Below, one piece after another: positions 46,420 to 55,497 of a DNA stretch of 64,000 bases (position 1 is its first letter; each line of letters opens with the position of its first letter). The notes beneath the pieces were generated by a model that saw only the letters and a list, made by a program, of their open reading frames with translations, made no database searches and was not told where the DNA came from. Source of the stretch: Longimicrobiales bacterium (GTDB taxonomy: Bacteria > Gemmatimonadota > Gemmatimonadetes > Longimicrobiales > Gaopeijiaceae); the NCBI GenBank assembly GCA_965249775.1, contig OZ252253.1:3232189-3296188 (forward strand). The letters run 5' to 3'. The position numbers and the translations under genes are program-made.

Positions 46420-46527
46420 TCGTTCAGCGGTCGCGTAGCACGCGAGCACCGAGAGTGTGGAAGAACAAGTGAGGGGCAACATTGAGGGCAACAAGATGGC
46501 TAGAGCTGGAATAAGACGATTCGGACC

Positions 46528-47946
46528 GTGCCGGGGCCTTGCCACGGCCATCTCCTGTGCCTCCTGACCGTGAGCCCTCGCGCAGTCGACGCGCAGGACC
46601 GCTACCCCGTGGATTGGCAGGCAGTCGAGACGGAGTCGATGGAGTACTTTTCGGCGCTTCTTCGCATCGATACCAGCAATCCGCCCGGCAACGAGACCGA
46701 AGCCGCACAATATTTACAGCGAATACTCCAGCAGGAAGGCATCGAGTCGGAGCTCTTCGCCCTCGACCCGACGCGTGCGAATCTCGTTGCCCGCCTTCGA
46801 GGCAACGGCAGCAAGCAGCCGATTCTGGTCATGGGCCACACCGACGTCGTTGGTGTGCAGCGAGAGAGCTGGTCGGTGGATCCGTTCGCCGCTGTCGTTC
46901 GGGACGGATACGTCTACGGCCGAGGGTCGCTCGACGACAAGGACAATGTCACGGCCGGCTTGATGCTGATGCTGTTGTTGGAACGCGCCGGTGTCGAGCT
47001 CGACCGGGATGTGATCTTTCTGGCCGAGGCAGGTGAGGAGGGGACGACCCGTTTTGGTGTCGATTACATGGTGGAGAACCATTGGAACGAGATCGAGGCC
47101 GAGTACTGTCTGGCGGAAGGTGGAGGGGTCGTGGCCCGGGATGGCCGGGTACAGCACGTCGCGATCGCGACGACCGAGAAGTTTCCGATGCGGGTCCGGC
47201 TGGTCGCCCGCGGGACGGCAGGCCACGGTTCGGTCCCTAGGCCCGACAACGCGGTATCGGCGCTGGCCAGGGCCGTGGGACGACTCTCAACGTGGGAAAC
47301 CCCGCTCCGGTTGAATGAGACGACGCGAGCCTACTTCGACCGCCTTGGCGACATCAGCTCGCCCGAGCAAGCCGCTCGCTACAAGGGCGTGCTCAACCCG
47401 GCGCAGCAGTCCGGAATCGACCGTTACTTCGCTGAGAACGAACCAGGCCACTATTCCGTACTGCGCACATCGGTCGTGCCGACGATGATGAGCGCCGGCT
47501 TCCGCCGGAACGTGATTCCCACCGAAGCCGAGGCGACCATCGACATCCGCGGGTTGCCCGACGAGGACCCGGAGGAGTTCTATCGCACCCTGGCCGAGGT
47601 GATCGACGATCCGAACGTCGAGATCATACCGGAAGGGGTGTACCGGCCCGCGAGCCCCCCCTCCAGCCTGGAGAACGAGATGTTCCGGGCCTTGGAGGAT
47701 GTCACCGAGCGTCTTTTCCCGGGTGCCGTGACGCTGCCGACCATGCTCACGGGCGCCACCGACATGGCTCAGATCAGGGCGCAAGGCACGCAGTGCTACG
47801 GCTTCGGCCCGGTTCGGACAGAGGAAGACATCAACGGGGGTGGTGGAGCCCATGGTGACGACGAACGCATCTTGGAGGGTTCGTTGCTTGGTCTGATCCA
47901 GTTCTTGTGGTACGCCGTTGTCGAGGTGGCCGCGAGTGAAGGCTGA
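46528..47946 (+). CDS. M20-family metallopeptidase (ArgE/DapE/CPG2-like)
   Basis: Motifs GHTDVV, GSLDDKD, AEEGEEG, GHGS. The N-terminus is uncertain. Candidates are the GTG at 46528, the ATG at 46639, or a frameshifted signal peptide starting at 46496. Confidence 0.75.
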   Translation: MPGPCHGHLLCLLTVSPRAVDAQDRYPVDWQAVETESMEYFSALLRIDTSNPPGNETEAAQYLQRILQQEGIESELFALDPTRANLVARLRGNGSKQPILVMGHTDVVGVQRESWSVDPFAAVVRDGYVYGRGSLDDKDNVTAGLMLMLLLERAGVELDRDVIFLAEAGEEGTTRFGVDYMVENHWNEIEAEYCLAEGGGVVARDGRVQHVAIATTEKFPMRVRLVARGTAGHGSVPRPDNAVSALARAVGRLSTWETPLRLNETTRAYFDRLGDISSPEQAARYKGVLNPAQQSGIDRYFAENEPGHYSVLRTSVVPTMMSAGFRRNVIPTEAEATIDIRGLPDEDPEEFYRTLAEVIDDPNVEIIPEGVYRPASPPSSLENEMFRALEDVTERLFPGAVTLPTMLTGATDMAQIRAQGTQCYGFGPVRTEEDINGGGGAHGDDERILEGSLLGLIQFLWYAVVEVAASEG

Positions 47947-47994
47947 GGGGCGGCGAGCGTCGTCCTCGATTCGGCGGCGACGGGCATCAGTCGC

Positions 47995-48588
47995 ATGAGC
48001 GAGCAAGCGACCTTCCGGCTCGTGTTCGCCGTCCTGTTCTTGCTTCTGTTCGGGATCGTCGGTGCGTACCGGCGGAAGGCGCAGGCCGGTCGCCGGATCG
48101 ACTACTCCAGCGAAGGCATGGTGATGTTGATCGCGCTACGCCTGGGTGGACTGCTCCTGTGGGGTTCTTGCCTCCTATACGTCGTTTACCCTCGACCCCT
48201 GGAGTGGTCGTTCTTCGACCCACCGTCTTGGTTGAGGTGGGCGGGCGCCGCGGTGGTTCTCGCACTCATCCCGTTCGTCGTGTCTGCGCAGCGAGCCTTG
48301 GGACGCAACGTCTCGCCTACCGTCATCACGCATGAAGATCACGAGCTGGTAACCCATGGCCCGTATCGATGGATTCGCAACCCGCTTTACACGGCGGGTG
48401 GGCTGATCTTTACCGGCCTGGGACTCGTCGCAGCGAGTTGGCTCATCGTCGGTGCGGCCGCTCTGGTGATCCCGTTCCTCTGGTTGCGTCTGCCCAAGGA
48501 GGAGGCAGAGCTGGAGGCTCGTTTCGGCCAGGAGTATCGCGACTACGTCAATCGCACGGGACGCCTTCTGCCACGATTGTCGAGGTGA
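47995..48588 (+). CDS. Isoprenylcysteine carboxyl methyltransferase (ICMT/phospholipid-methyltransferase) family membrane protein
   Basis: Multi-TM. C-terminal HELVTHGPYRWIRNPLY...EE..L...FG..Y..Y is the ICMT signature. Confidence 0.7.
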   Translation: MSEQATFRLVFAVLFLLLFGIVGAYRRKAQAGRRIDYSSEGMVMLIALRLGGLLLWGSCLLYVVYPRPLEWSFFDPPSWLRWAGAAVVLALIPFVVSAQRALGRNVSPTVITHEDHELVTHGPYRWIRNPLYTAGGLIFTGLGLVAASWLIVGAAALVIPFLWLRLPKEEAELEARFGQEYRDYVNRTGRLLPRLSR

Positions 48589-48741
48589 TCGCCAAGGCGC
48601 GCCGGCCGCGGAGTAGGTGGACCTAACGCTCTTGGGGCGTGCCTGGGCACCTCGGGCTCGCGTACCCCGGGGGGCACCGCGTATGATAATCCCAAAATGA
48701 CTGCCATCGTCACGTTCCGTGATCGCCCAGGAGAGTCACTC

Positions 48742-50187
48742 ATGAGCTATCGTCTCATCCCAGCCATCGCTCTCGCGCTCCTGCTCCCGGCCTACGCCGG
48801 CGCCCAGCAGGAGGAATCGTACGACTATTGGCGATTTCAACGGGACATGGTCCGGCATGGCCAGCAGGCCATCCTGCAGTGCAACGGCCTGTTCACGTCC
48901 AACCGGACGCTCGAGCAGGTCTTCGACGAGGAGTTGGCGTTTCTTCCGGAGCCGGTTGGCACGGCTCAAGGCGGGGACTACATCGTCGATTGGGACCTCA
49001 AGGCGGTGGTCATCGGCGGGCCGGGAGGCGTTCCGCCGATCAGCGCGGCGTTCCGCGAGGGGATCGGCTGTGTAATCATGGCGCCGGATCAGAGCTTGGA
49101 GGACATCGAGAGTCTGCCGAAGCTCGATGCACCGCCTCTGCCAGGCGACCCAGCCACCATCCCGTGGCCGAACGGAGATCTGATCGAGGACCGCCCGCTC
49201 GCACCAGGCGTGAACGCCGCTGCCCTGGAGGCCGCGTCCGACTGGGCCTTCGAACGGCCGACCGGGCAGGTCACTCTCAGCCTTCTGGTGGTGCACAAGG
49301 GCCAGATCATTCATGAGCGCTACCGCCCTGGCTTCGACATGACGACCAGGACGCGGACTTGGTCCACGGCCAAGAGCATCGCCGCTACGCTGATCGGCAT
49401 GATGGTCGACGACGGACAGATGGCGCTCGACAAGCCCCTCGGGCTCGACTGGTACCCGAGGGCCCGCTCACCCGAAACCGATCCACGCAACGAGATCACG
49501 CTGCGCCACGTGCTCAACATGTCGAGTGGTCTGAATACGGTGGACAATTCGGGTCAGGAGTACGCAACCGGCTCGGGCATGGCGTATTGGGCCGGCGCGA
49601 GCTCGATCCGAGGCGCTCGGAGCCGGGCACTCATTCGGGAGCCGGGCACCTTCTGGGACTACGAGAACTACGACACGCTGCTCGGTGTGTACGCCATGAA
49701 GCTGGCCATTGGCGACGCCCAGGCGTACCTGAGGTTCCCGCGCAAGAGGCTGCTCGACAAGATCGGCATGCGCAACACGCTGTTGAGCACGGATCGGTTC
49801 GGAGACTTCATCCTGAGCAGCCAGGTCTATACGAACGCGCGCGACCTGGCCCGCTTCGGCCTGCTCTACCTGAACAACGGCGTCTGGAATGGGGAGCGGC
49901 TCATCTCGGAGGATTGGATCGACTTCGTTCGCACGCCAGCTCCCGCTACGGCGACGACCGGGAACCAATACGGAGGTCAGTGGTGGCTCCCCGGTGATAA
50001 TGCCCAAGGTGTGCCGTCGACCGCCTACTCGACGTCCGGCAACCGTGGCCAATATGCCATCGTGGTTCCCTCCCACGACCTCGTCATCGTACGCAGAGGC
50101 TTGGATTTCGGGCGGCAGGGATTCAGCCGATGGGGCCTGGTGAGAGAGGTGCTCAAGGCGATCCCGGAGGTATCGGCGGACCGGTAA
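48742..50187 (+). CDS. Secreted beta-lactamase-fold serine hydrolase (class C / esterase / D-aminopeptidase-like)
   Basis: Start at the ATG at 48742 (MSYRLIPAIALALLLPAYAGAQQ). SxxK motif TWSTAKS. A -10-like tatgataat lies upstream. Confidence 0.7.
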   Translation: MSYRLIPAIALALLLPAYAGAQQEESYDYWRFQRDMVRHGQQAILQCNGLFTSNRTLEQVFDEELAFLPEPVGTAQGGDYIVDWDLKAVVIGGPGGVPPISAAFREGIGCVIMAPDQSLEDIESLPKLDAPPLPGDPATIPWPNGDLIEDRPLAPGVNAAALEAASDWAFERPTGQVTLSLLVVHKGQIIHERYRPGFDMTTRTRTWSTAKSIAATLIGMMVDDGQMALDKPLGLDWYPRARSPETDPRNEITLRHVLNMSSGLNTVDNSGQEYATGSGMAYWAGASSIRGARSRALIREPGTFWDYENYDTLLGVYAMKLAIGDAQAYLRFPRKRLLDKIGMRNTLLSTDRFGDFILSSQVYTNARDLARFGLLYLNNGVWNGERLISEDWIDFVRTPAPATATTGNQYGGQWWLPGDNAQGVPSTAYSTSGNRGQYAIVVPSHDLVIVRRGLDFGRQGFSRWGLVREVLKAIPEVSADR

Positions 50188-50210
50188 ACAGGAAGACCGG
50201 TAAACAGGAA
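50179..50210. repeat. Exact 16-bp tandem repeat (gaccggtaaacaggaa x2); the first copy contains the stop codon of the beta-lactamase-fold gene
   Basis: Read directly from sequence. A degenerate similar motif (gacggttaacagaa) lies at about 50676. Confidence 0.8.
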
Positions 50211-50298
50211 CCTAGGGAGGAGCCCGAGAATCCAAGGAGGCCAGCTGACCAGCTTCGTACAGCTAAACCACGGCTGGAACGCGGACCCAAACGCGCCG

Positions 50299-50679
50299 AT
50301 GCCAGAGGTGACAGTCGAGGAAAGTACGGTCACGCTTGAATTCACCGCAAACGGGTTGCAGTTCCCCGACTTTGGCGTGGACGAGCGAGTCCGCCTGCTC
50401 TTCCACGGGGCACGACAGTATCGGCTCGGTCCGACGAATGACGAGGGATGGTTACGCGGACAGTGTCGGTTCAGTCTGCTTGCCCCTGATTGGGGAGAGT
50501 TCTACGAGGTCCTGGGCGACGTCAAGCTCAATCAGATGCCCGATGACTGGCATTTCATCTCCGATTCATTGAGCGACAAGTCCAGCCACTACCTCTTTTA
50601 CCTTCGAGATGAGACGTTCGAGTGCACGGCAACGTCGTGGGAGTTCGTTCGCGACCCGAGCCTGAGCCCTGACGGTTAA
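50299..50679 (+). CDS. Hypothetical small protein in a lower-GC (about 58%) segment
   Basis: 126-aa ORF with moderately biased GC3. The frame is open further upstream without a canonical start. No known motif. Confidence 0.35.
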   Translation: MPEVTVEESTVTLEFTANGLQFPDFGVDERVRLLFHGARQYRLGPTNDEGWLRGQCRFSLLAPDWGEFYEVLGDVKLNQMPDDWHFISDSLSDKSSHYLFYLRDETFECTATSWEFVRDPSLSPDG

Positions 50680-50698
50680 CAGAAACTCAGTTCTTCCA

Positions 50699-51625
50699 TC
50701 ACCGTCCCGTCAGGTGCTTTTCGAACCACCCGACCAGCGCGTCTGAGGCTTGCGCACGGTCTTCGGCCGTTCGATACCCGTGACCCGCGCCCTCGATGAC
50801 CACGAGGCCCGTCTCGACGCCGCCGGCGACAAGAGCGGAGTGCATCAACTCGCTGTTGTTGAAATCGACGAGCGCGTCGGCGTCCCCGTGAATCAACAGA
50901 GTCGGCGGATCATCGGCTGACACGTGCAGGATCGGCGACACCGAAGCGCGGAGCTCCTCTTCGACATCGAGTGCGACGAAGGCTTCAGCGGCCGCTGGCA
51001 TAGCCAGGCCGCGGGCAAAAGAGAGGGGCCTATCAGGAAGTCTCGGCGGAAAGCGCTCGCTCGGCGTGGTCCTCGAACGCAGATCCACAGGAGGGAAGTT
51101 CGCGACGACCGCCGCGACGCGACTGCTCTGCCGCTGCACTTCGTCTGTCGCACCGGGGTCACCTTCGTCCGAGGCCAGACCGAGCATCAAGGCGAGGTGG
51201 CCGCCGGCGCTGCCTCCGGTGACGCCGAGGCGCTCCGGGTCGATTCTGAAGCGCCTGCTGTGGAGACGCACGAACCGCACTGCGCGAGTCACATCGGCGT
51301 ACGCCTCCAGGACGTTGAACCTCGGGCTGCTCCCGTGACGAACGGCGAAGACCGTAAATCCCTCGTCCAAGAGTGCCTGGTATCCGGCCTGGGCCCGCTC
51401 CGGGTCAGCCCACATCGAAACCCAACCGCCGCTCACCATGAAGAGGATTCCGGCGCCGTTGGCTTCTCCAGCAGGTGGCATGAAGACGTCGAACGTCAGC
51501 GCCATGCCGGCCTTATGGCCGTAGACCACGTCGGGCACGATGGAGCCGCTGCCCTGGGCGTGGAGTGGGATGGCCAGGCAGAGCGATGTCAGCGTCACAA
51601 ACGTGGCTCGGGTCAACATTCTCAT
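50699..51625 (-). CDS. Secreted alpha/beta-hydrolase (esterase/lipase; BD-FAE/hydrolase-fold-3-like)
   Basis: Signal peptide MRMLTRATFVTLTSLCLAIPLHAQG. GGSAGGHLALMLG nucleophile elbow. GGAGGA RBS. Confidence 0.75.
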   Translation of the reverse strand: MRMLTRATFVTLTSLCLAIPLHAQGSGSIVPDVVYGHKAGMALTFDVFMPPAGEANGAGILFMVSGGWVSMWADPERAQAGYQALLDEGFTVFAVRHGSSPRFNVLEAYADVTRAVRFVRLHSRRFRIDPERLGVTGGSAGGHLALMLGLASDEGDPGATDEVQRQSSRVAAVVANFPPVDLRSRTTPSERFPPRLPDRPLSFARGLAMPAAAEAFVALDVEEELRASVSPILHVSADDPPTLLIHGDADALVDFNNSELMHSALVAGGVETGLVVIEGAGHGYRTAEDRAQASDALVGWFEKHLTGR

Positions 51626-51693
51626 CGTCGGTTTCCTCCTTCAGCAGGGTCTCTACAGATGGGCACGCGGGAGGTCTTTCACGAGTCTTGCCA

Positions 51694-52611
51694 TCACCGA
51701 CCCGTCAGGTGCTCCACGAACCATCCCACAAGCGCGTCCGAAGCTTGCGCACGATCCTCCGGGGTTCGGTACCCGTGACCCGCACCCTCGATAGTCACGA
51801 GGCCGGTCTCCACCCCGTTGGCGATCAGAGCCGCCTGCATCAACTCGCTGTTGTTGAAATCGACGAGCGCGTCGGCGTTCCCGTGAATCAGCAGAGTCGG
51901 GGGATCATCGGGTGTCACGTGCAAGATCGGCGACACCGCAGCGCCCTGCTCATCTTCGACATCTATCGCCACGAACCGTTCAGCGGCGGCCGGGAGAACC
52001 CCGCCGGCGAAAAAGAGGCTCCTGTCGGGGATCGTAGCCGGAAAACGCTCGCTCGGCGTGGCCCTCGGACGCAGATCCACCGGAGGATAGTTCGCGACGA
52101 CCGCCGCGACGCGACTGCTCTGCCGCAGCACTTCGTCCGACTCACCGGGGTCACCTTCGTCGGAGGCCAGACCGAGCATCAGTGAGAGGTGGCCGCCGGC
52201 ACTGCCTCCGTAGACGCCGAGGCGCTCCGGATCGATCCGGAAGCGCCGGGCGTGGAGACGCACGAACCGAACAGCCCGAGTCACATCGGCATACGCCTCC
52301 GGGACGTTGAATCGCGGGCTGCTCCCGTGACGAATGGCGAAGACCGTAAATCCCTGGTCCAGGAGCGCTTGATAACCGGCTTGCGCCCGCTCCGGGTCCC
52401 TCCACTGTGAGACCCAACCGCCACTGACCATATTGAGGATGCCAGCGCCGTTGGGCTCAGGTGGCATGAAGACGTCGAACGTCAGGGCCATTCCGGCCTT
52501 ATGGCCATAGACCACATCCGGCATTATGGAGCCGCTGCTCTGGGCGTTGAGCGGGATGGCCAGGCAGAGCAATGTCAGCGTCGCTAACGTGGCTCGGGTC
52601 AACATTTTCAT
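51694..52611 (-). CDS. Tandem paralog of 50699-51625 (secreted alpha/beta-hydrolase)
   Basis: Start at the ATG at 52611 (MKMLTRATLATL...) with GAGGAA RBS. About 85% identical to its neighbour. Confidence 0.75.
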   Translation of the reverse strand: MKMLTRATLATLTLLCLAIPLNAQSSGSIMPDVVYGHKAGMALTFDVFMPPEPNGAGILNMVSGGWVSQWRDPERAQAGYQALLDQGFTVFAIRHGSSPRFNVPEAYADVTRAVRFVRLHARRFRIDPERLGVYGGSAGGHLSLMLGLASDEGDPGESDEVLRQSSRVAAVVANYPPVDLRPRATPSERFPATIPDRSLFFAGGVLPAAAERFVAIDVEDEQGAAVSPILHVTPDDPPTLLIHGNADALVDFNNSELMQAALIANGVETGLVTIEGAGHGYRTPEDRAQASDALVGWFVEHLTGR

Positions 52612-52750
52612 GGTCGTTTCCTCTTTCGGCTGGGGTCTCCGGGGACAGTGAATCAGGAGGCCTTTGACGGGTGGGGTAAGGTGAGGGGCGGGGGCGGGCT
52701 GGTCAATGACGACGCGAGGCCATCCCACGCCGACAGCACGCCTCGTACTA

Positions 52751-54640
52751 TCAGCGTCGTACGACCGGCAACAACACGTGCGATGGATACTCCAAGGAAT
52801 GGTGCACCGTATTCCTCGCCACTGCCCATTCGGTCTCGTCGAAGTTGTTGCCCCCGGTGTTCAGGTTGCGGCTCCAGCGTGGGAAGTTCGAGCTCGACAC
52901 CTCGACGCGGATACGGTGACCCGGTCCGAAGTAGTTGCCCGTGGCGTGGAGGTCGATTCGGGCCTCATACGCCTCACCCTGCTCCATCAACACCTTGGTC
53001 GAGAGCCCGTCGCGGTACCGCATGCGCAGCGCTCCCTGCTGGACGTTGTAGGCGATCCCATCCGGATACACATCGACGAGCTTCACCGTGAAGTCCGTGT
53101 CGGGTGCGTCGGAGGAGACATAGAGCACCGCTTCGAGTGGACCCGTGACCTCCAAGCCCTCCTCGAGCACGGCCGACGTGTAGACGAGCACGTCCTGGCG
53201 TCTCTCGATGTCGGTCTGATCATAGCCACCGGCTCCCGTGCTCATGCCGGTGCAGCACGCTTGACCTCCCAGCGTGGGCACGGGATCCGTGGGATCGTAA
53301 GTGAAAGCGTCAGACGGCTCTCGGCCGGGCGGGGTCGTCGTGAGCGACCCGTCTCCGTTGAGCGTGTTGGCGGCACCGCCACTGTGCAGATAGAACGGCT
53401 CGAACGAGGTGCCGGGCACCGGCCAAGCGTCTGCGATCCGCCACTCGTTCGCGCCCATGAGATAGTACTGCACAGGCGGCATGTCGGAGATTCCGGCGTC
53501 CTGGCCGTCGAGCCAGAGCCGATACCAGCGCAGGGAGAGGTCATCGAGGTCAATCTGCCAATCGCCGACATCGCGCGCTCCGGCTGGCGGGCCGGATTCG
53601 GCCTCCGGGTTGGGCGGCCGTGTGAAGCCACAGTGCGTGGATGGCGCGATGATGACGTACTGGTTCTCGCGTGCGCGTGCGCTTACGGCCGTCTCGCGCT
53701 GCTGGTTGAACAGCTTCAGCGTCTCGGCGACACCGTAGTCGTACCACGAATCGACGTAGAGCGCGGGGAGGTCGAAGCGGTCGTCCGAGCGGACGAAATC
53801 GAGGCTCTGGAAGTACTCGGCCGCTGGCGTGTTGGACGCGAAGTCCTCGTAGTCAGTGCCGACGGCGCCGGATTTCCGCACGATGTCGACCACCGGAAGG
53901 CTCGAATACAGCTCGAGGCGGTTCGGAGCGGGTCCCGACATGAACCAGCCCGCCGTCTGGGCGAGCCCGAACGCACCGCCGTCGAACGCGGTCCAGGGGC
54001 GGCCCCCGGGATCGTAGGCGGCAGATGGCGCCATCGGGATCGCGGCGATGTGGTTCGGATGGCGCTCGGCCGCCAGCGTGATCTGCGTCTCGCCCAGATA
54101 CGAGCACCCGGAGGTGGCCACCTGGCCGTCGGACCACGGTTGGTCGACGAGCCAGGAGATGGCGTCGTATCCGTCCTCCCGGTCCGTGGATCGGAGGGTG
54201 TACTCGCCCTCCGATACGCCACGTCCGCGCGTGTCCTGGAACGCGACGGCGTATCCGGCGTCGACGAAGAGTGGGATGGCGCCTCGGTAAGGGGCCTCCC
54301 GATCCTTGCCGTACGGGGTGCGCATCAGGATGGTCGAGTAGGGTCCTGCCGCGTCCGTCGGGAAGTACAAGTCGGTGGAGAGTCGAACGCCATCCCGCAT
54401 GGGCACCATGAGACCTGCCTCCTTGCGGATCGCTTGGGGAGTCGCGTCCTGCTGCGGCATGAGGAAGGCGACGGCTAGGGCGGAGGCCCTGGCGACTGGT
54501 AGGGCGGAGGCCCTGGCGACGTGTAGGGCGGAGGCCCTGGCGACGTGTAGAGGGGAGGACAGGGCGGTCGCGGGGATGGGCACCGAGGCCAGCAGGGAAG
54601 CGGCGAAGGCCGTCCGTAAGGGGAAAGCGTAAGCGAGCAT
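52751..54640 (-). CDS. CocE/NonD-family (S15, X-Pro dipeptidyl-peptidase / alpha-amino-acid ester hydrolase-like) hydrolase
   Basis: MVPMRDGVRL, RTPYGKD, GCSYLGETQ (nucleophile), and a C-terminal beta-sandwich domain. The start at 54640 lies 3 nt after the DUF922 stop, consistent with coupling. The N-terminal leader contains a 3x HVARASAL repeat. Confidence 0.8.
   Translation of the reverse strand: MLAYAFPLRTAFAASLLASVPIPATALSSPLHVARASALHVARASALPVARASALAVAFLMPQQDATPQAIRKEAGLMVPMRDGVRLSTDLYFPTDAAGPYSTILMRTPYGKDREAPYRGAIPLFVDAGYAVAFQDTRGRGVSEGEYTLRSTDREDGYDAISWLVDQPWSDGQVATSGCSYLGETQITLAAERHPNHIAAIPMAPSAAYDPGGRPWTAFDGGAFGLAQTAGWFMSGPAPNRLELYSSLPVVDIVRKSGAVGTDYEDFASNTPAAEYFQSLDFVRSDDRFDLPALYVDSWYDYGVAETLKLFNQQRETAVSARARENQYVIIAPSTHCGFTRPPNPEAESGPPAGARDVGDWQIDLDDLSLRWYRLWLDGQDAGISDMPPVQYYLMGANEWRIADAWPVPGTSFEPFYLHSGGAANTLNGDGSLTTTPPGREPSDAFTYDPTDPVPTLGGQACCTGMSTGAGGYDQTDIERRQDVLVYTSAVLEEGLEVTGPLEAVLYVSSDAPDTDFTVKLVDVYPDGIAYNVQQGALRMRYRDGLSTKVLMEQGEAYEARIDLHATGNYFGPGHRIRVEVSSSNFPRWSRNLNTGGNNFDETEWAVARNTVHHSLEYPSHVLLPVVRR
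54476..54547 (-). repeat. 24-bp x3 in-frame tandem repeat (tagggcggaggccctggcgacgtg on the + strand) encoding (L/P)(H/P)VARASA in the CocE/NonD leader
   Basis: Copies at 54476-54499, 54500-54523 and 54524-54547, with a degenerate fourth copy following. Confidence 0.8.
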
Positions 54641-54643
54641 CGA

Positions 54644-55294
54644 TTAGCCGGACGGGCGCGGTGGCCAGTTGATCGTGCCCCGACTCTCCTGGTCGAATTC
54701 CCGGTTCCGCTCAGCGTATCTCTCGAGGATCTGCTGCCCGGTGGTCTCAGCGAGTGTCTGCATCGTCCCGCACAAGGGGGTCTTGAGCCGACCGATGTCT
54801 CGAGAGAAGTCTCGCGCGGCTCGATACGAGAGCTCTCGATGTGTGTACTCGTGGGCACGCAGGGCGGTGATGTACTCGTCCCACATCGCGATCAACTCCG
54901 CGTCCGCGCCGTCGCGTTGGGTCCAGCGCGGCAAGGTGATGCGCGAAACAATCTCGATCGGGACGGAGACCATCTCGCAGTTCGAGATCCCCTGCCTGTA
55001 TACGTAACTCCACCCGATATCCCAGCGGTGCAGCCCCCTGATTCCCTCGCCCAGGGCCGAGGAGGCACTGACGCTCAGTGATCGACCGATCTCCTCGACC
55101 GTGTGTCCCCTCACGTCGTAGTTCTCCTCTATGACGTCGATGGTCACGTCTCGCGGCAGGGAAGGCAGCGATCTCGCTCCCGGCTTCGGCGTGCAGCCGC
55201 ACGCCATGAAGACGAAGGCAAACAGCCCGAACGTGGCGAAACGCGTCTGGGGTGGCGAGGTAGCCCGCCGGCGGCGGATCTCCGAATCGCCCAT
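54644..55294 (-). CDS. DUF922-like predicted secreted Zn-dependent metalloprotease lipoprotein
   Basis: Lipobox FVFMACGC and an HEYTH (HExxH) motif. About 190-aa mature protein. Confidence 0.55.
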   Translation of the reverse strand: MGDSEIRRRRATSPPQTRFATFGLFAFVFMACGCTPKPGARSLPSLPRDVTIDVIEENYDVRGHTVEEIGRSLSVSASSALGEGIRGLHRWDIGWSYVYRQGISNCEMVSVPIEIVSRITLPRWTQRDGADAELIAMWDEYITALRAHEYTHRELSYRAARDFSRDIGRLKTPLCGTMQTLAETTGQQILERYAERNREFDQESRGTINWPPRPSG

Positions 55295-55497
55295 TGGTCT
55301 CTTTGCGGTGCGGGGGAAGGAATCGGCACGATGTGACAGTACCGCTGGGGTCGGGCCGCTGCAACTTGGTGGCCGGCGCGGGCGTCGCGCCTTTCAGATC
55401 ATCCTTGTGGAACCCTCGGTGGCGAGCGCCAAGGCCCGGCCGTAGCTTAAACGGAACCGTACCGATGGCCCGGTAACTCCTTCCTGAACGTGACCAA

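Noticed and set aside
52706-54478. 590-aa ORF on the + strand
   Set aside because: It is fully antisense to the well-supported CocE/NonD hydrolase gene. Its translation is Arg/Gly/Val-rich low-complexity, typical of spurious ORFs in high-GC DNA.
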